Source of the DNA: an uncultured archaeon
Lineage (GTDB): Archaea > Iainarchaeota > Iainarchaeia > Iainarchaeales > DATDZZ01
Reading direction: 5' to 3'
DNA: 32,000 nt
Assembly (NCBI GenBank): GCA_964373795.1
Contig: CAYJVY010000002.1
Coordinates: forward strand, 106,504 to 138,503
The notes beneath the pieces are model-generated. The model did not search any database and was not told where the DNA came from. It saw only the letters and a list, made by a program, of their open reading frames with translations. The position numbers and the translations under genes are program-made. Within the stretch, counting starts at the first letter, position 1. The number at the start of each line of letters is the position of its first letter. This document shows, piece by piece, positions 16,625 to 25,151 of the stretch.

Positions 16625-16934
16625 TTATTTTGCTGCTAGAATGAAATCGTTTTCACTTAAGCCTTTAATTGCATGAGTAAATAATGTGAGTTTTAATTTG
16701 TTCCAAGAAATTTGAATATCTGGATTATGACCTTTTTTTTCTGCAAGCTTTGCAACCTTGTTTACAAAAAAAAATGTTTTCTTTAAAGTTTTTAAATTTA
16801 AATTCGCGAACAAGGAGCTTATTGGCATTTAAATTCCATTCAGGAGTTTCATGCAAAAACCTTTTTTCCTGCATTTGAGTTAAAGGATGAACTCCTCTTT
16901 CACATGGAATGCATTTTTTTTCAAGTAAATTCAT
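16625..16934 (-). pseudogene. Pterin-4a-carbinolamine dehydratase-like gene split by a 1-nt frameshift in a homopolymer
   Basis: Track ORFs 16725..16934 (...LVREFKFKNFKENIFF) and 16625..16828 (...FFFVNKVAKLAEKKGHNPDIQISWNKLKLTLFTHAIKGLSENDFILAAK) together spell one PCD-like protein. The frames switch inside the A9 run at 16766-16774. Removing one base gives NIFFVNKVA. Confidence 0.7.
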
Positions 16935-17952
16935 TGTTTTTTACCTTAGACTTTTTTTCTTTTTTAGTTTTAGGTTTCTCAACTTGTTTTACTTCAACTA
17001 GTTTTTCGCCGAGCAATTCACTTACTTTTGCATTAACTTTTTTCCAAAAAACTTTTTCTTCATCTGTTTTTCCTGCTTCATCTTCTTTTCCTTCGTTTTG
17101 CAATGCTTTAGCAAGAGTTGCGCGAAGTTGAGCTGGCCTGGAATAAGGTGCAATAATTGAAACAGTGTCCAACATTTTTCCTAACTCATAAGCTGCTTCT
17201 ACTAAGCCTTCTCCAATTGAAGGTTCTTCACTTGAAACTTGTTTTACTTCTCTAGAAGATATTTGAGGATAGCGAAGAATTACGTTAAAGCCAATTGAAT
17301 CTAAATCACTTGGCTGACCATTTGGAACTTTAATCCAAACCTCTGCACCTTTTTCTAATCCTGCTTTGGGTTTGCGGTGAAAACGAATAACATAGTCTAG
17401 ATTTGTTTTCAAGTAATCATCAATTAAAGAGTTTGCAAGTTTGAAAACAAATTCATTCATTTCAGGTTTTGCATTAAAGTTTTTTTGCTGTAAAGCAAGC
17501 AATAAATTTTTTTTAGTTATTTTTCCATTAAATTTTGAAAGCCAGTCTTCTTTAGGAATTTCTTCCAATCTTTTCTCGGATTTAGCTGTTACTGCTACAC
17601 AGCATAAAACTTTTCCTACTTGATCGTTTGAATTAAATGTCCCGTTTCCTGTTACCCCATTCCATGTTTCAACCCAGGTTTCTTGTTTACCAATTTTTTC
17701 AAAATGAGAATTTTTAACTCTTAAAGTAGAAATAGTTCCAACTAATTCGCCTTGCTTGAATGCAGCAATTACATATCCATTTGCTGCTCTTTCGCGAAAC
17801 TTGTTTACATTAGTTAATAAGATTTCTCCCCATTGCTCGTTTTCAAGATTTGTTGCCTTGCGCAAGTTTTCTTCATCGTCTTTACTTAAAAGCTTGAATT
17901 CAAGTAAGCCTCGTTTTAAATGAAATTTTTCAATTAATTCTTTTTCAGCCAT
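16921..17952 (-). CDS. Hypothetical protein with a Lys-rich tail
   Basis: The 343-aa ORF has a GAGGT Shine-Dalgarno-like element about 7 nt upstream of the ATG. I cannot assign a family with confidence. It overlaps the start of the PCD-like gene by 14 nt. Confidence 0.55.
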   Translation of the reverse strand: MAEKELIEKFHLKRGLLEFKLLSKDDEENLRKATNLENEQWGEILLTNVNKFRERAANGYVIAAFKQGELVGTISTLRVKNSHFEKIGKQETWVETWNGVTGNGTFNSNDQVGKVLCCVAVTAKSEKRLEEIPKEDWLSKFNGKITKKNLLLALQQKNFNAKPEMNEFVFKLANSLIDDYLKTNLDYVIRFHRKPKAGLEKGAEVWIKVPNGQPSDLDSIGFNVILRYPQISSREVKQVSSEEPSIGEGLVEAAYELGKMLDTVSIIAPYSRPAQLRATLAKALQNEGKEDEAGKTDEEKVFWKKVNAKVSELLGEKLVEVKQVEKPKTKKEKKSKVKNNEFT

Positions 17953-17988
17953 TTCAATACCTCAATAAAACTTTTTAAGAAAAAGTTT

Positions 17989-18053
17989 GCAACTTTTTTT
18001 GCAAGCCTTTTTTGCAAGCCTTTTTTGCAAGCCTTTTTTTTGCAAGCTTTTTT
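17989..18053. repeat. Five tandem copies of a 12-15 nt unit GCAAGCC(T)6-8
   Basis: Copies lie at 17989-18000 (GCAACTTTTTTT), 18001-18013, 18014-18026, 18027-18041 and 18042-18053. An 8-bp hairpin follows, pairing AGCTTTTT (18045-18052) with AAAAAGCT (18056-18063). All of this lies in the 112-nt gap between two minus-strand genes. Confidence 0.8.
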
Positions 18054-18064
18054 CTAAAAAGCTT

Positions 18065-19249
18065 TTAAACAACTTTTTCTTCTTTTAATTTTTTAATTTC
18101 GTTTTCATTAAACCCCAGAGAAGTTAAAATTTCTTCAGTGTGTTGCCCTAAAATTGGTGGAGGCATTTCAATTGCTCCAGGGGTTTCTGAAAACTTTATT
18201 GGAATTCCTGTAACCTTTAATTTAAAGCCTTTTGAATGAGTTAATTCTTGAACCATTTCTCTTGCAAGAATTTGAGGATGAGTTAAAACCTTGTCAACTG
18301 AAAGAATTGGGCCAAAAGGAATTCCTTTTTCATCTAAAAGTTTTCCCCATTCTTCAACGGTTTTTTTAATTAAAATATTTTGAATTAGGGGAAACAATTC
18401 ATTTCTGTTTTTCACTCTTGATTCATTTGATGCAAATCTTGAATCATTTTTTTCTTTTTCTAGGCCAGTTAACTCGCAGAAAAGCTGCCATAATTTGTCG
18501 TTACCAATTGCAAGATTTAAGTATCCGTCTTTTGTTTGAAATGTTTCATAAGGACAAATGCTTGGATGTTGATTGCCTTTTCTTTTAGGAGTTTCTCCTG
18601 TAGCAAAAAATTTTCCTGCTTGATAGGTTAACAAGGATACTTGTCCATCCAATAAACTTACATCAATTTTTTGCCCTTTTTTTGTTTTCTGGCGAGCAAT
18701 CAAAGCTAATAAAATTCCTTGAAAGGCATAAATTCCTGCAAGAATATCTGCAATAGAAGTACCCATTTTAAATGGCGGGCCTTGCGGATCTCCAGTTAAA
18801 TCCATTAAACCACTCATTCCTTGAATTGCTAAATCATATCCAGGGTTTTCAGATAAAGGCCCTGTATGTCCAAACCCAGAAATTGAAGCATAAATTATTT
18901 TTGAATTTAATTTGTGAACTTCTTCAAAACTTAAGCCAATGCTTTCCATGTAACCTGGACGAAAGTTTTCAATTAATACATCAGATTTTTTAATTAATTT
19001 TTTTAAAATCTCTAAAGATTTTTCGTGTTTGAAATTCAATGAAATACTTTTCTTGTTGCGGTTTACGCTCATGAAATAAGTTGATTCTCCTTCAATGAAT
19101 GGCGGGCCAAAAGCTCTTGAATCATCTCCTGTTTCTGGGCGTTCAACCTTAATTACTTCTGCACCCATGTCCGCCAACCACATGGAACAATACGGCCCAG
19201 CAAGAATTCTGCTTAAGTCTAAAACTTTTAATCCATCTAAAGGCTTCAA
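18065..19249 (-). CDS. Family III CoA-transferase (CaiB/BaiF/Frc-like)
   Basis: The N-terminus is PLDGLKVLDLSRILAGPYCSMWLADMGAEVIKVERPETGDDSR. The catalytic Asp region is PGYDLAIQGMSGLMDLTG. Confidence 0.85.
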   Translation of the reverse strand: MKPLDGLKVLDLSRILAGPYCSMWLADMGAEVIKVERPETGDDSRAFGPPFIEGESTYFMSVNRNKKSISLNFKHEKSLEILKKLIKKSDVLIENFRPGYMESIGLSFEEVHKLNSKIIYASISGFGHTGPLSENPGYDLAIQGMSGLMDLTGDPQGPPFKMGTSIADILAGIYAFQGILLALIARQKTKKGQKIDVSLLDGQVSLLTYQAGKFFATGETPKRKGNQHPSICPYETFQTKDGYLNLAIGNDKLWQLFCELTGLEKEKNDSRFASNESRVKNRNELFPLIQNILIKKTVEEWGKLLDEKGIPFGPILSVDKVLTHPQILAREMVQELTHSKGFKLKVTGIPIKFSETPGAIEMPPPILGQHTEEILTSLGFNENEIKKLKEEKVV

Positions 19250-19368
19250 TTAATCACCTTAGAACAAAGAATAATTAAATCACTGAAAAAAGCATTAAAA
19301 AGCCATGCATACAACAATTAACGAAAAAAGAAACCAACTAAAAATAATTTGTGAAAAATAATTTTTGT

Positions 19369-20571
19369 TTAATTTAATAGCATTCTTTCTTCAACTCTTG
19401 AAGCTAAAAAAATTATGACAACAATTACGCCTGTAAAAAGCAAAGTTAAATCTTGATTGAAATCCAATCCAAATCCAATTAAAGGATAAATAATTACAAG
19501 AGTTAGAGATCTAATCATTGCAATAACAGAGTTAATTGTAGCTCTTCTTTCACTTGAAATAAATTGATTTGCATAATGAGTCATTAAACCAATTCTTAAA
19601 TCTCTAGCAATCTTGATTACAAAAATTAGGAATACTAAAAGTATAATTGAATTAGTTAACCCTGCAAGTAAATAACCTATTCCAACAATTAATGCAAAAA
19701 AGGTTAACAAATTTTTTTTAGTGAAAAAATTTTCAATTCTGGAAAGAAAAAAAGTTGAAATAAAGGCAAGTAAATTCATTCCAGCTGCAATAAAACCCCA
19801 AAAAATTAATTCAAGTGCTCCTTTCTGCAATAAAACAGGGTAAAACCAGAAAAGCAAATGACTTAACCCCATAAACAATCCAGCATCTAATGCAACGATC
19901 CAAAGAATTTTATTTTCCCTTAAATATTTCAAGGCAAACTTGAATGAATGAAAATAATTTTCATGCAAAAAAATTCTTTTCGGTTCAACTAAAGTGAAAG
20001 CAAGAACTGCGCCTAAAAAGAAAATAATTGAATTCAAAAGTAAAGGCAAACTTAAACCATAATTTGCAGCAATAATTGACCCAATTGGAGCAAATAAAAC
20101 AATTCCAATTCCTCCAACAGCAGTATAAGTTGTTAAAACTTTTTTAGATTTTTTTTCTTGTCCTAATTCTTTCAAGGAATCAAAAATTAAAGCAGCATCC
20201 GCTCCACTGATGAATGAAAAACCTATTGCAAAAAAAATTTCAGCTAAAATGAAAACAAAATAATTTGCAGAAGACCCATAAATAAATGCCGCCAAAGAAG
20301 AGGTCAAAAACCCTAACATTATTGAATGCTTTCTACCAATTTTGTCTGCAATTATGCCTGTTGGAACCTCTAATAATAAAACGCATGCAAAAAAAATTGC
20401 TTGTAAAAACATTATTTGAAAAAAATTAATTTTTCCAATTTCTAAATAAAATGGAATTAATATTGCTCCAAACAAGTGAGCCAAACGAAGAACATGCACT
20501 AAATACATTTTCCATTCATTTGCTTGCAATGAAAAAAAGGATTGAATTAAATTCATGTAATCACATGGCAT
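19369..20571 (-). CDS. MFS transporter
   Basis: It has about 12 TM helices and the MFS motif A-like sequence GIIADKIGRKHSIMLGF. The start may be M6 at 20556. Confidence 0.75.
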   Translation of the reverse strand: MPCDYMNLIQSFFSLQANEWKMYLVHVLRLAHLFGAILIPFYLEIGKINFFQIMFLQAIFFACVLLLEVPTGIIADKIGRKHSIMLGFLTSSLAAFIYGSSANYFVFILAEIFFAIGFSFISGADAALIFDSLKELGQEKKSKKVLTTYTAVGGIGIVLFAPIGSIIAANYGLSLPLLLNSIIFFLGAVLAFTLVEPKRIFLHENYFHSFKFALKYLRENKILWIVALDAGLFMGLSHLLFWFYPVLLQKGALELIFWGFIAAGMNLLAFISTFFLSRIENFFTKKNLLTFFALIVGIGYLLAGLTNSIILLVFLIFVIKIARDLRIGLMTHYANQFISSERRATINSVIAMIRSLTLVIIYPLIGFGLDFNQDLTLLFTGVIVVIIFLASRVEERMLLN

Positions 20572-20631
20572 TAGGATTTTAACTAATTAAATGCAAATAT
20601 TAAAATAACAGTAATTAATTAAATATATCAA

Positions 20632-21429
20632 ATGAATTTTTACATGAGTTTAGGCATAATTTTCTTTGGAATAAATCTCATTTTATTAGGATGCATTCAA
20701 CCTCCAATTGAAAGCATTTCATATTATGAATTAGTTAAAGAAGATCCTCTTTGTTCAAACAACGAATGTTCATCTGAATACATTGTTTTTTCAAATGGAT
20801 TGGTTTTTGAAAAACTAAATAAATCAACAAACTTAAAAGCTGGAAAAACATTTATTGGAACAGCCCCTCAAGATAAAGTTCAAGAAGTAATGGATTTTGT
20901 GAAAAACAATATTCCAAATTCTTTTGAAGAAGGATGTGATAACTGTCAAGTATATCATGTATTCTATCACAATGGAATTCAAACCAAAGTTTATTCTAAT
21001 TCTATTGAAAAATCGGTAAAAGAAGTAAAAGAATTGGAAACCAAAACTCAAGAATTAATTAAATCTGCAGAAGCAAAAGAAAAATTATTGTTTAAGATAG
21101 TATTTTTAAGAAAAACTTTACCTTACAAAGATTTACATCTGTTTGGAGACGGAACAGCTTTACTTGAAGACTTTGGAGAGAAAAATGGAGAGCTTTTAGC
21201 AGCAAAAATTTATTCAATTGATGGAACAAAAGTAAAAAAATTTGAAACTCTTTTAACGGAAAAATTTTTTTCAGAAAAAGACTCATTTAATGGTTGCGTA
21301 GAAAAAGGATTTAATTATGGATATGTTGAGGCATTAAAAGGTGACAAATATAATTTGGTTCAAACATGTGGAAATGGAGAAAACGACGCAGATAAATTAT
21401 TTAATGAATTAATAAAAGAGGTTAGGTGA
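20632..21429 (+). CDS. Secreted or lipoprotein-like hypothetical protein with paired Cys
   Basis: The hydrophobic N-terminus ends in LILLGC. The two halves each carry Cys pairs. It is the first gene of a tightly spaced three-gene plus-strand operon. Confidence 0.55.
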   Translation: MNFYMSLGIIFFGINLILLGCIQPPIESISYYELVKEDPLCSNNECSSEYIVFSNGLVFEKLNKSTNLKAGKTFIGTAPQDKVQEVMDFVKNNIPNSFEEGCDNCQVYHVFYHNGIQTKVYSNSIEKSVKEVKELETKTQELIKSAEAKEKLLFKIVFLRKTLPYKDLHLFGDGTALLEDFGEKNGELLAAKIYSIDGTKVKKFETLLTEKFFSEKDSFNGCVEKGFNYGYVEALKGDKYNLVQTCGNGENDADKLFNELIKEVR

Positions 21430-21433
21430 AAAA

Positions 21434-22351
21434 ATGAGTAAACGGAATTACTTATTGATTTTATTATTTTTAATAATTTTAATTCAACACACCTTTGCAA
21501 TTGCAATTGTTGCTCCAACTGTTTACATAGTAACTCTTTCAATTACAGCCTTTATCGCAAATATATTAATTTCTTTAACTGCCTGGACTGCAATAAATGG
21601 ATTTACATCAAAAACTTATGCTGGAAAAAAGCTTTCAGAAATTCTTTCATTCATTTTTTCAGGAGTAAAAAATTCAATTATTTACGTTTTTTCACTTGCA
21701 ATTGTTTTAATATTCATTAAACCACTTGATTTAGAAAGCTCTATTGCAATTGGAATTCTTTCAAGCGTGATTGCATTTGGTTTATTTCTTTTAGTGGATT
21801 CAAAAAAAATTATTTTAAGTGATTCAAAAGCTCGAATTCAAATTATTCAATCAGTTTTATTTTTTATAATTTTTATTTTTATTACTTCAAGTGCGTCAAT
21901 ATTTTTAGCTTTAGAAACAAAGCTTCTTACGACAAAAGAACCAATTAAGGAAACACAAATTATTCAAGTATTGTCTCAACCAATTTCTCCATTAACAGAT
22001 GCATTTGAATCAATCACTGAAAAATCAGTTTCAAAACCCCCGACTGAATCAGCCATTAAAAAAATTGAAGAACCAACGCAAGACATTGGACAAAGTTTGT
22101 GGATTCAACCTATGAATTCAGAAAAATGCAAAGTTGAAATTGCGAATCAAGTTTTCTCAATCAATCCAAAATTTGAATGTTTTTCAAAATCAAATTTAAC
22201 TGAAAAAACGTTTTGTCCAGTTGAAATTAAAAGAAGCGAAATAAGTTTATTGAATGGAATTGCACAAGTAAAAGAAAGTGGTTCTTGTAGCGGAGAAGCT
22301 GAAATAACTTTGAGCAACACTGGTTTTACTGCAGTAAAGATATTAAAGTGA
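21434..22351 (+). CDS. Polytopic membrane protein with a Cys-containing C-terminal extracytoplasmic domain
   Basis: It has five to six hydrophobic helices followed by a soluble tail of about 130 aa. It starts 4 nt after the previous stop. Confidence 0.55.
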   Translation: MSKRNYLLILLFLIILIQHTFAIAIVAPTVYIVTLSITAFIANILISLTAWTAINGFTSKTYAGKKLSEILSFIFSGVKNSIIYVFSLAIVLIFIKPLDLESSIAIGILSSVIAFGLFLLVDSKKIILSDSKARIQIIQSVLFFIIFIFITSSASIFLALETKLLTTKEPIKETQIIQVLSQPISPLTDAFESITEKSVSKPPTESAIKKIEEPTQDIGQSLWIQPMNSEKCKVEIANQVFSINPKFECFSKSNLTEKTFCPVEIKRSEISLLNGIAQVKESGSCSGEAEITLSNTGFTAVKILK

Positions 22352-22357
22352 ATTAAA

Positions 22358-23767
22358 TTGAATGAATTAAAGCTTTTTGAAAAGGATTTGCAAAACATTT
22401 TACAAGAAAATAACATTTTTAGTAGTGAAGCAATTGTTTTAAAACAAAACGAAAACTCTGACTTAATTCCAATTGCAAAAACCTCAAGCAAGGAATTTCT
22501 TGAAGAAATATTTTCTTCAAAGGGCCCTTTTTGGACCGTTTATTCAAATCTTGGGTTTGGGATTCCGCCATCTAATTCAAAATATTTAAATTTTGTTGGA
22601 AATAAAGTTTTCTTTTGCAAAAATGTTGAAAAAAAATTTTTTAATTTCATTGGGTTAGAGAAAAAAATAATTTTAAAAAATAATAAAATAAAGGAAGAAA
22701 TAAGATTTAATTTAATTAATTTAATATTTTTACTTCTAACTCCAATTGAATTAATTAAACAATTTTTTTCAAATTTAACTTCAATATTAAAAATTAATGA
22801 AAAATTGGATGAATTCATCGAGTTTTCAATTAAATCAAAAAATTACTGGAATGAAAATAAAGCAAAAAAATTTTCAAACCCGGTTTTAATTGCTTCAGAA
22901 GCATTAAACAATTCATTAAAGGCAATGGAGTATTCATTTTATTCTTCTTTTGCATTGCATTTAAAAATTAAATTAAAAAATTCAAAAGCATGGAAAGAAT
23001 GTGAATTAGAAGAACTTGAAAAAATCTTGAAAGAAGACTCAAAAAAATTGAGTGAAAAAACTCAACAATATGGGTTTTATTCTACATCGCCTTACGATAT
23101 TTCCCTTCCAAGGCTTTCCGAAAATCCTTACAATATAATTGAATATGGAATTCAAACAACTCCTCAAAACCCTGCAATTAAGTGGAGAGAAAATTGTAAA
23201 TTTTTGGCTGCAAGATATTTAGACATTCAAAGAAAAGCTTATCTTCAAATAGGAAATGAAAGTGGTTTAAAGGATTTAGTGTTCTTCTTAACAACTAGTG
23301 AATTAAATGAATTGAAAAACAATTTTGAAGAACTTAAAAAAATTGCTATTGAAAGAAAAACAAATTATGATTTAACAATTAAAAGTAATTTATCAAAAGA
23401 AATTATTTATTTTAAAGAATGGATTTTAACAAATTTAAATAAATCACAAGAAATTATGGGAGAAAGTGTTGGAAGTCCTTTAATTGTTCAAGGCAAAATT
23501 GTTTGCATAAATTCTTTCAAAGACTTTAACAAAGACGTAAATGAAAAAATAATTGTTTCAAGCACCTTAAACTCTGAACTAGTTACATTGTATGGAAAAA
23601 TTAAAGGAATTATTAGCGAAGGCGGCGGACAATTAGCTCATGCAGCAATTGTTGCAAGAGAACAAAAAATGCCTTGCATTGTTCAAGTTAAAAATTTTGA
23701 AAAATTAAAAGAAGGACAAAAAGTTGAGTTAAATGGAGAAACTGGAGAAATAAAAATAGTGAATTAA
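22358..23767 (+). CDS. PEP-utilizing-enzyme family protein (PpsA/rifampin-phosphotransferase-like) with the swivel phosphohistidine domain but no ATP-grasp domain
   Basis: The C-terminal GIISEGGGQLAHAAIVAREQKMPCIVQV is the PEP-utilizer mobile-domain signature and contains the phosphoryl-carrier His. The central QQYGFYSTSPYDISLPRLSENP and DLVFFLTTSEL resemble the yGhR..eldi..PRW.EdP and diFfLt..EL motifs of PpsA/RPH-like proteins. Confidence 0.7.
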   Translation: MNELKLFEKDLQNILQENNIFSSEAIVLKQNENSDLIPIAKTSSKEFLEEIFSSKGPFWTVYSNLGFGIPPSNSKYLNFVGNKVFFCKNVEKKFFNFIGLEKKIILKNNKIKEEIRFNLINLIFLLLTPIELIKQFFSNLTSILKINEKLDEFIEFSIKSKNYWNENKAKKFSNPVLIASEALNNSLKAMEYSFYSSFALHLKIKLKNSKAWKECELEELEKILKEDSKKLSEKTQQYGFYSTSPYDISLPRLSENPYNIIEYGIQTTPQNPAIKWRENCKFLAARYLDIQRKAYLQIGNESGLKDLVFFLTTSELNELKNNFEELKKIAIERKTNYDLTIKSNLSKEIIYFKEWILTNLNKSQEIMGESVGSPLIVQGKIVCINSFKDFNKDVNEKIIVSSTLNSELVTLYGKIKGIISEGGGQLAHAAIVAREQKMPCIVQVKNFEKLKEGQKVELNGETGEIKIVN

Positions 23768-25095
23768 GGAGTTGAAAAACGAGCAAAACTCCAAGGAACA
23801 TTAAATGCTTTGCAGTGAATTGAAACAGAATTAAATTCAGAAATATTTGTTTCAGCAGGAAGCTCATAAACTTGTTTTCCTTTAATGCTTTTCAATTTTC
23901 CTAATTCAATTCCAACTTTAATGTCTTCTCTAGTTGTTTTCTCGGAATTCTTTGTTAAATACACTACTAAATCAGGGCCATTTGGAGTGGAAAAATCTTC
24001 TTCAAAAACAATTGAATATTTTTCTCCTTCTTTTTGCAGTGAAGCTTTTCCTGAAGTCATGTAATTAATATTTTCAAATTGGCCTGATTTAACTGTTACA
24101 GCTTTAAAAGAAGAATCTTCTTTGACTGTTTCAGTGGAAGTAAAAGGACTTACAACTCCTTCCTTCATTAATTTTTTCATTTCTTCAACAGCTGTTTCCA
24201 TTGGCAAATCTTTTGGCTTTGAATCAATCATTTTTTGAAATTCTTCTTTGCTTAAAACCTTTGAATCAGAACCCAAATTAGAGGGAGAATCTTTTGCTTT
24301 TCCGGATTTTAATGCATTACTCCAATTAGTTGTTATTGTAGGAAAACTAAAGTAAAACAAAACTAATGCAAACAAAATAATTATTACTCCAACAACTGTT
24401 CCAAGTGACTTGAATTGTTTTTTTTGAATAGTTTTAAAGAAAGCAATTAATTCAAACAAGAAAACTAATAAAGTAATTAAAAGCACTAATCCTCCAGCTA
24501 AATTAAAAAGAAGTGAAGGATTAATTATTCCAAAATGTAAAACCGAAAAAATAAATGCGAAATAAACTAATCTGTGAAGCAATTGCCAATTCTTAAAACC
24601 TAAAACTTTGAATTGCATAAAGTCATTTGAAGTTAAAAACATTAAAAAGAAAATAAACATTGCAATTGCACCCCAAATAATTGGATTTTGAAATGGATTC
24701 AAATCTTGATAAGGAGCTAAAAAGTTTCCACCAAAATAGGTTCGAATTACTGTATTAACGTGAAGAAAAATAAAAATAAATCCCCAAATTCCAAACATTC
24801 TTCTATGTTGAACAAAATTAAATTGAGGAAAAAGCTTTGCAACAGGGCCAAGCAATAAAGCTATTCCAATCAAGGTTACTCCAGTTAAGGCAGCTCCCCT
24901 CAAAATAGATGCATCCAAATTTGAAGGGGTGATTAAGAAAAAATATTGATATGCAATTTCTATTGCGCCGAAAAGAATTGCAAGAAAACTAAAAAAAGCC
25001 ATGCATTTATATACTTGAATTCTTTCCGGACTAAAAACGTTTTCAAGAAAAGATTTTTTTGGTTGAGAAACTGGTTGAGAAACTTCTTCAGGCAT
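23764..25095 (-). CDS. Ferric-reductase-like (MsrQ/YedZ-type) transmembrane domain fused to a DM13 domain
   Basis: The TM part has paired His motifs: HRRMFGIWGFIFIFLHV and LLHRLVYFAFIFSVLHF. The C-terminal part (SGQFENINYMTSGKASL...FSTPNGPDLVVYL...LGKLKSIKGKQVYELP...FNSVSIHCKAFNVPWSFARF) matches the DM13 pattern. Confidence 0.7.
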   Translation of the reverse strand: MPEEVSQPVSQPKKSFLENVFSPERIQVYKCMAFFSFLAILFGAIEIAYQYFFLITPSNLDASILRGAALTGVTLIGIALLLGPVAKLFPQFNFVQHRRMFGIWGFIFIFLHVNTVIRTYFGGNFLAPYQDLNPFQNPIIWGAIAMFIFFLMFLTSNDFMQFKVLGFKNWQLLHRLVYFAFIFSVLHFGIINPSLLFNLAGGLVLLITLLVFLFELIAFFKTIQKKQFKSLGTVVGVIIILFALVLFYFSFPTITTNWSNALKSGKAKDSPSNLGSDSKVLSKEEFQKMIDSKPKDLPMETAVEEMKKLMKEGVVSPFTSTETVKEDSSFKAVTVKSGQFENINYMTSGKASLQKEGEKYSIVFEEDFSTPNGPDLVVYLTKNSEKTTREDIKVGIELGKLKSIKGKQVYELPAETNISEFNSVSIHCKAFNVPWSFARFSTP

Positions 25096-25151
25096 TCAAA
25101 AAATATACAGAAAAAAATATATAAAACAATTCCAAAGCCAAGTGTTTGATT

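Noticed and set aside
4159-17952. Recurrent Lys/Arg-rich C-terminal tails on unrelated proteins (ending at 5154, 10674 and 16921) as a possible shared targeting signal
   Set aside because: In a genome this AT-rich, AAA/AAG-rich tails arise easily from composition alone. I saw no shared motif beyond basic charge.
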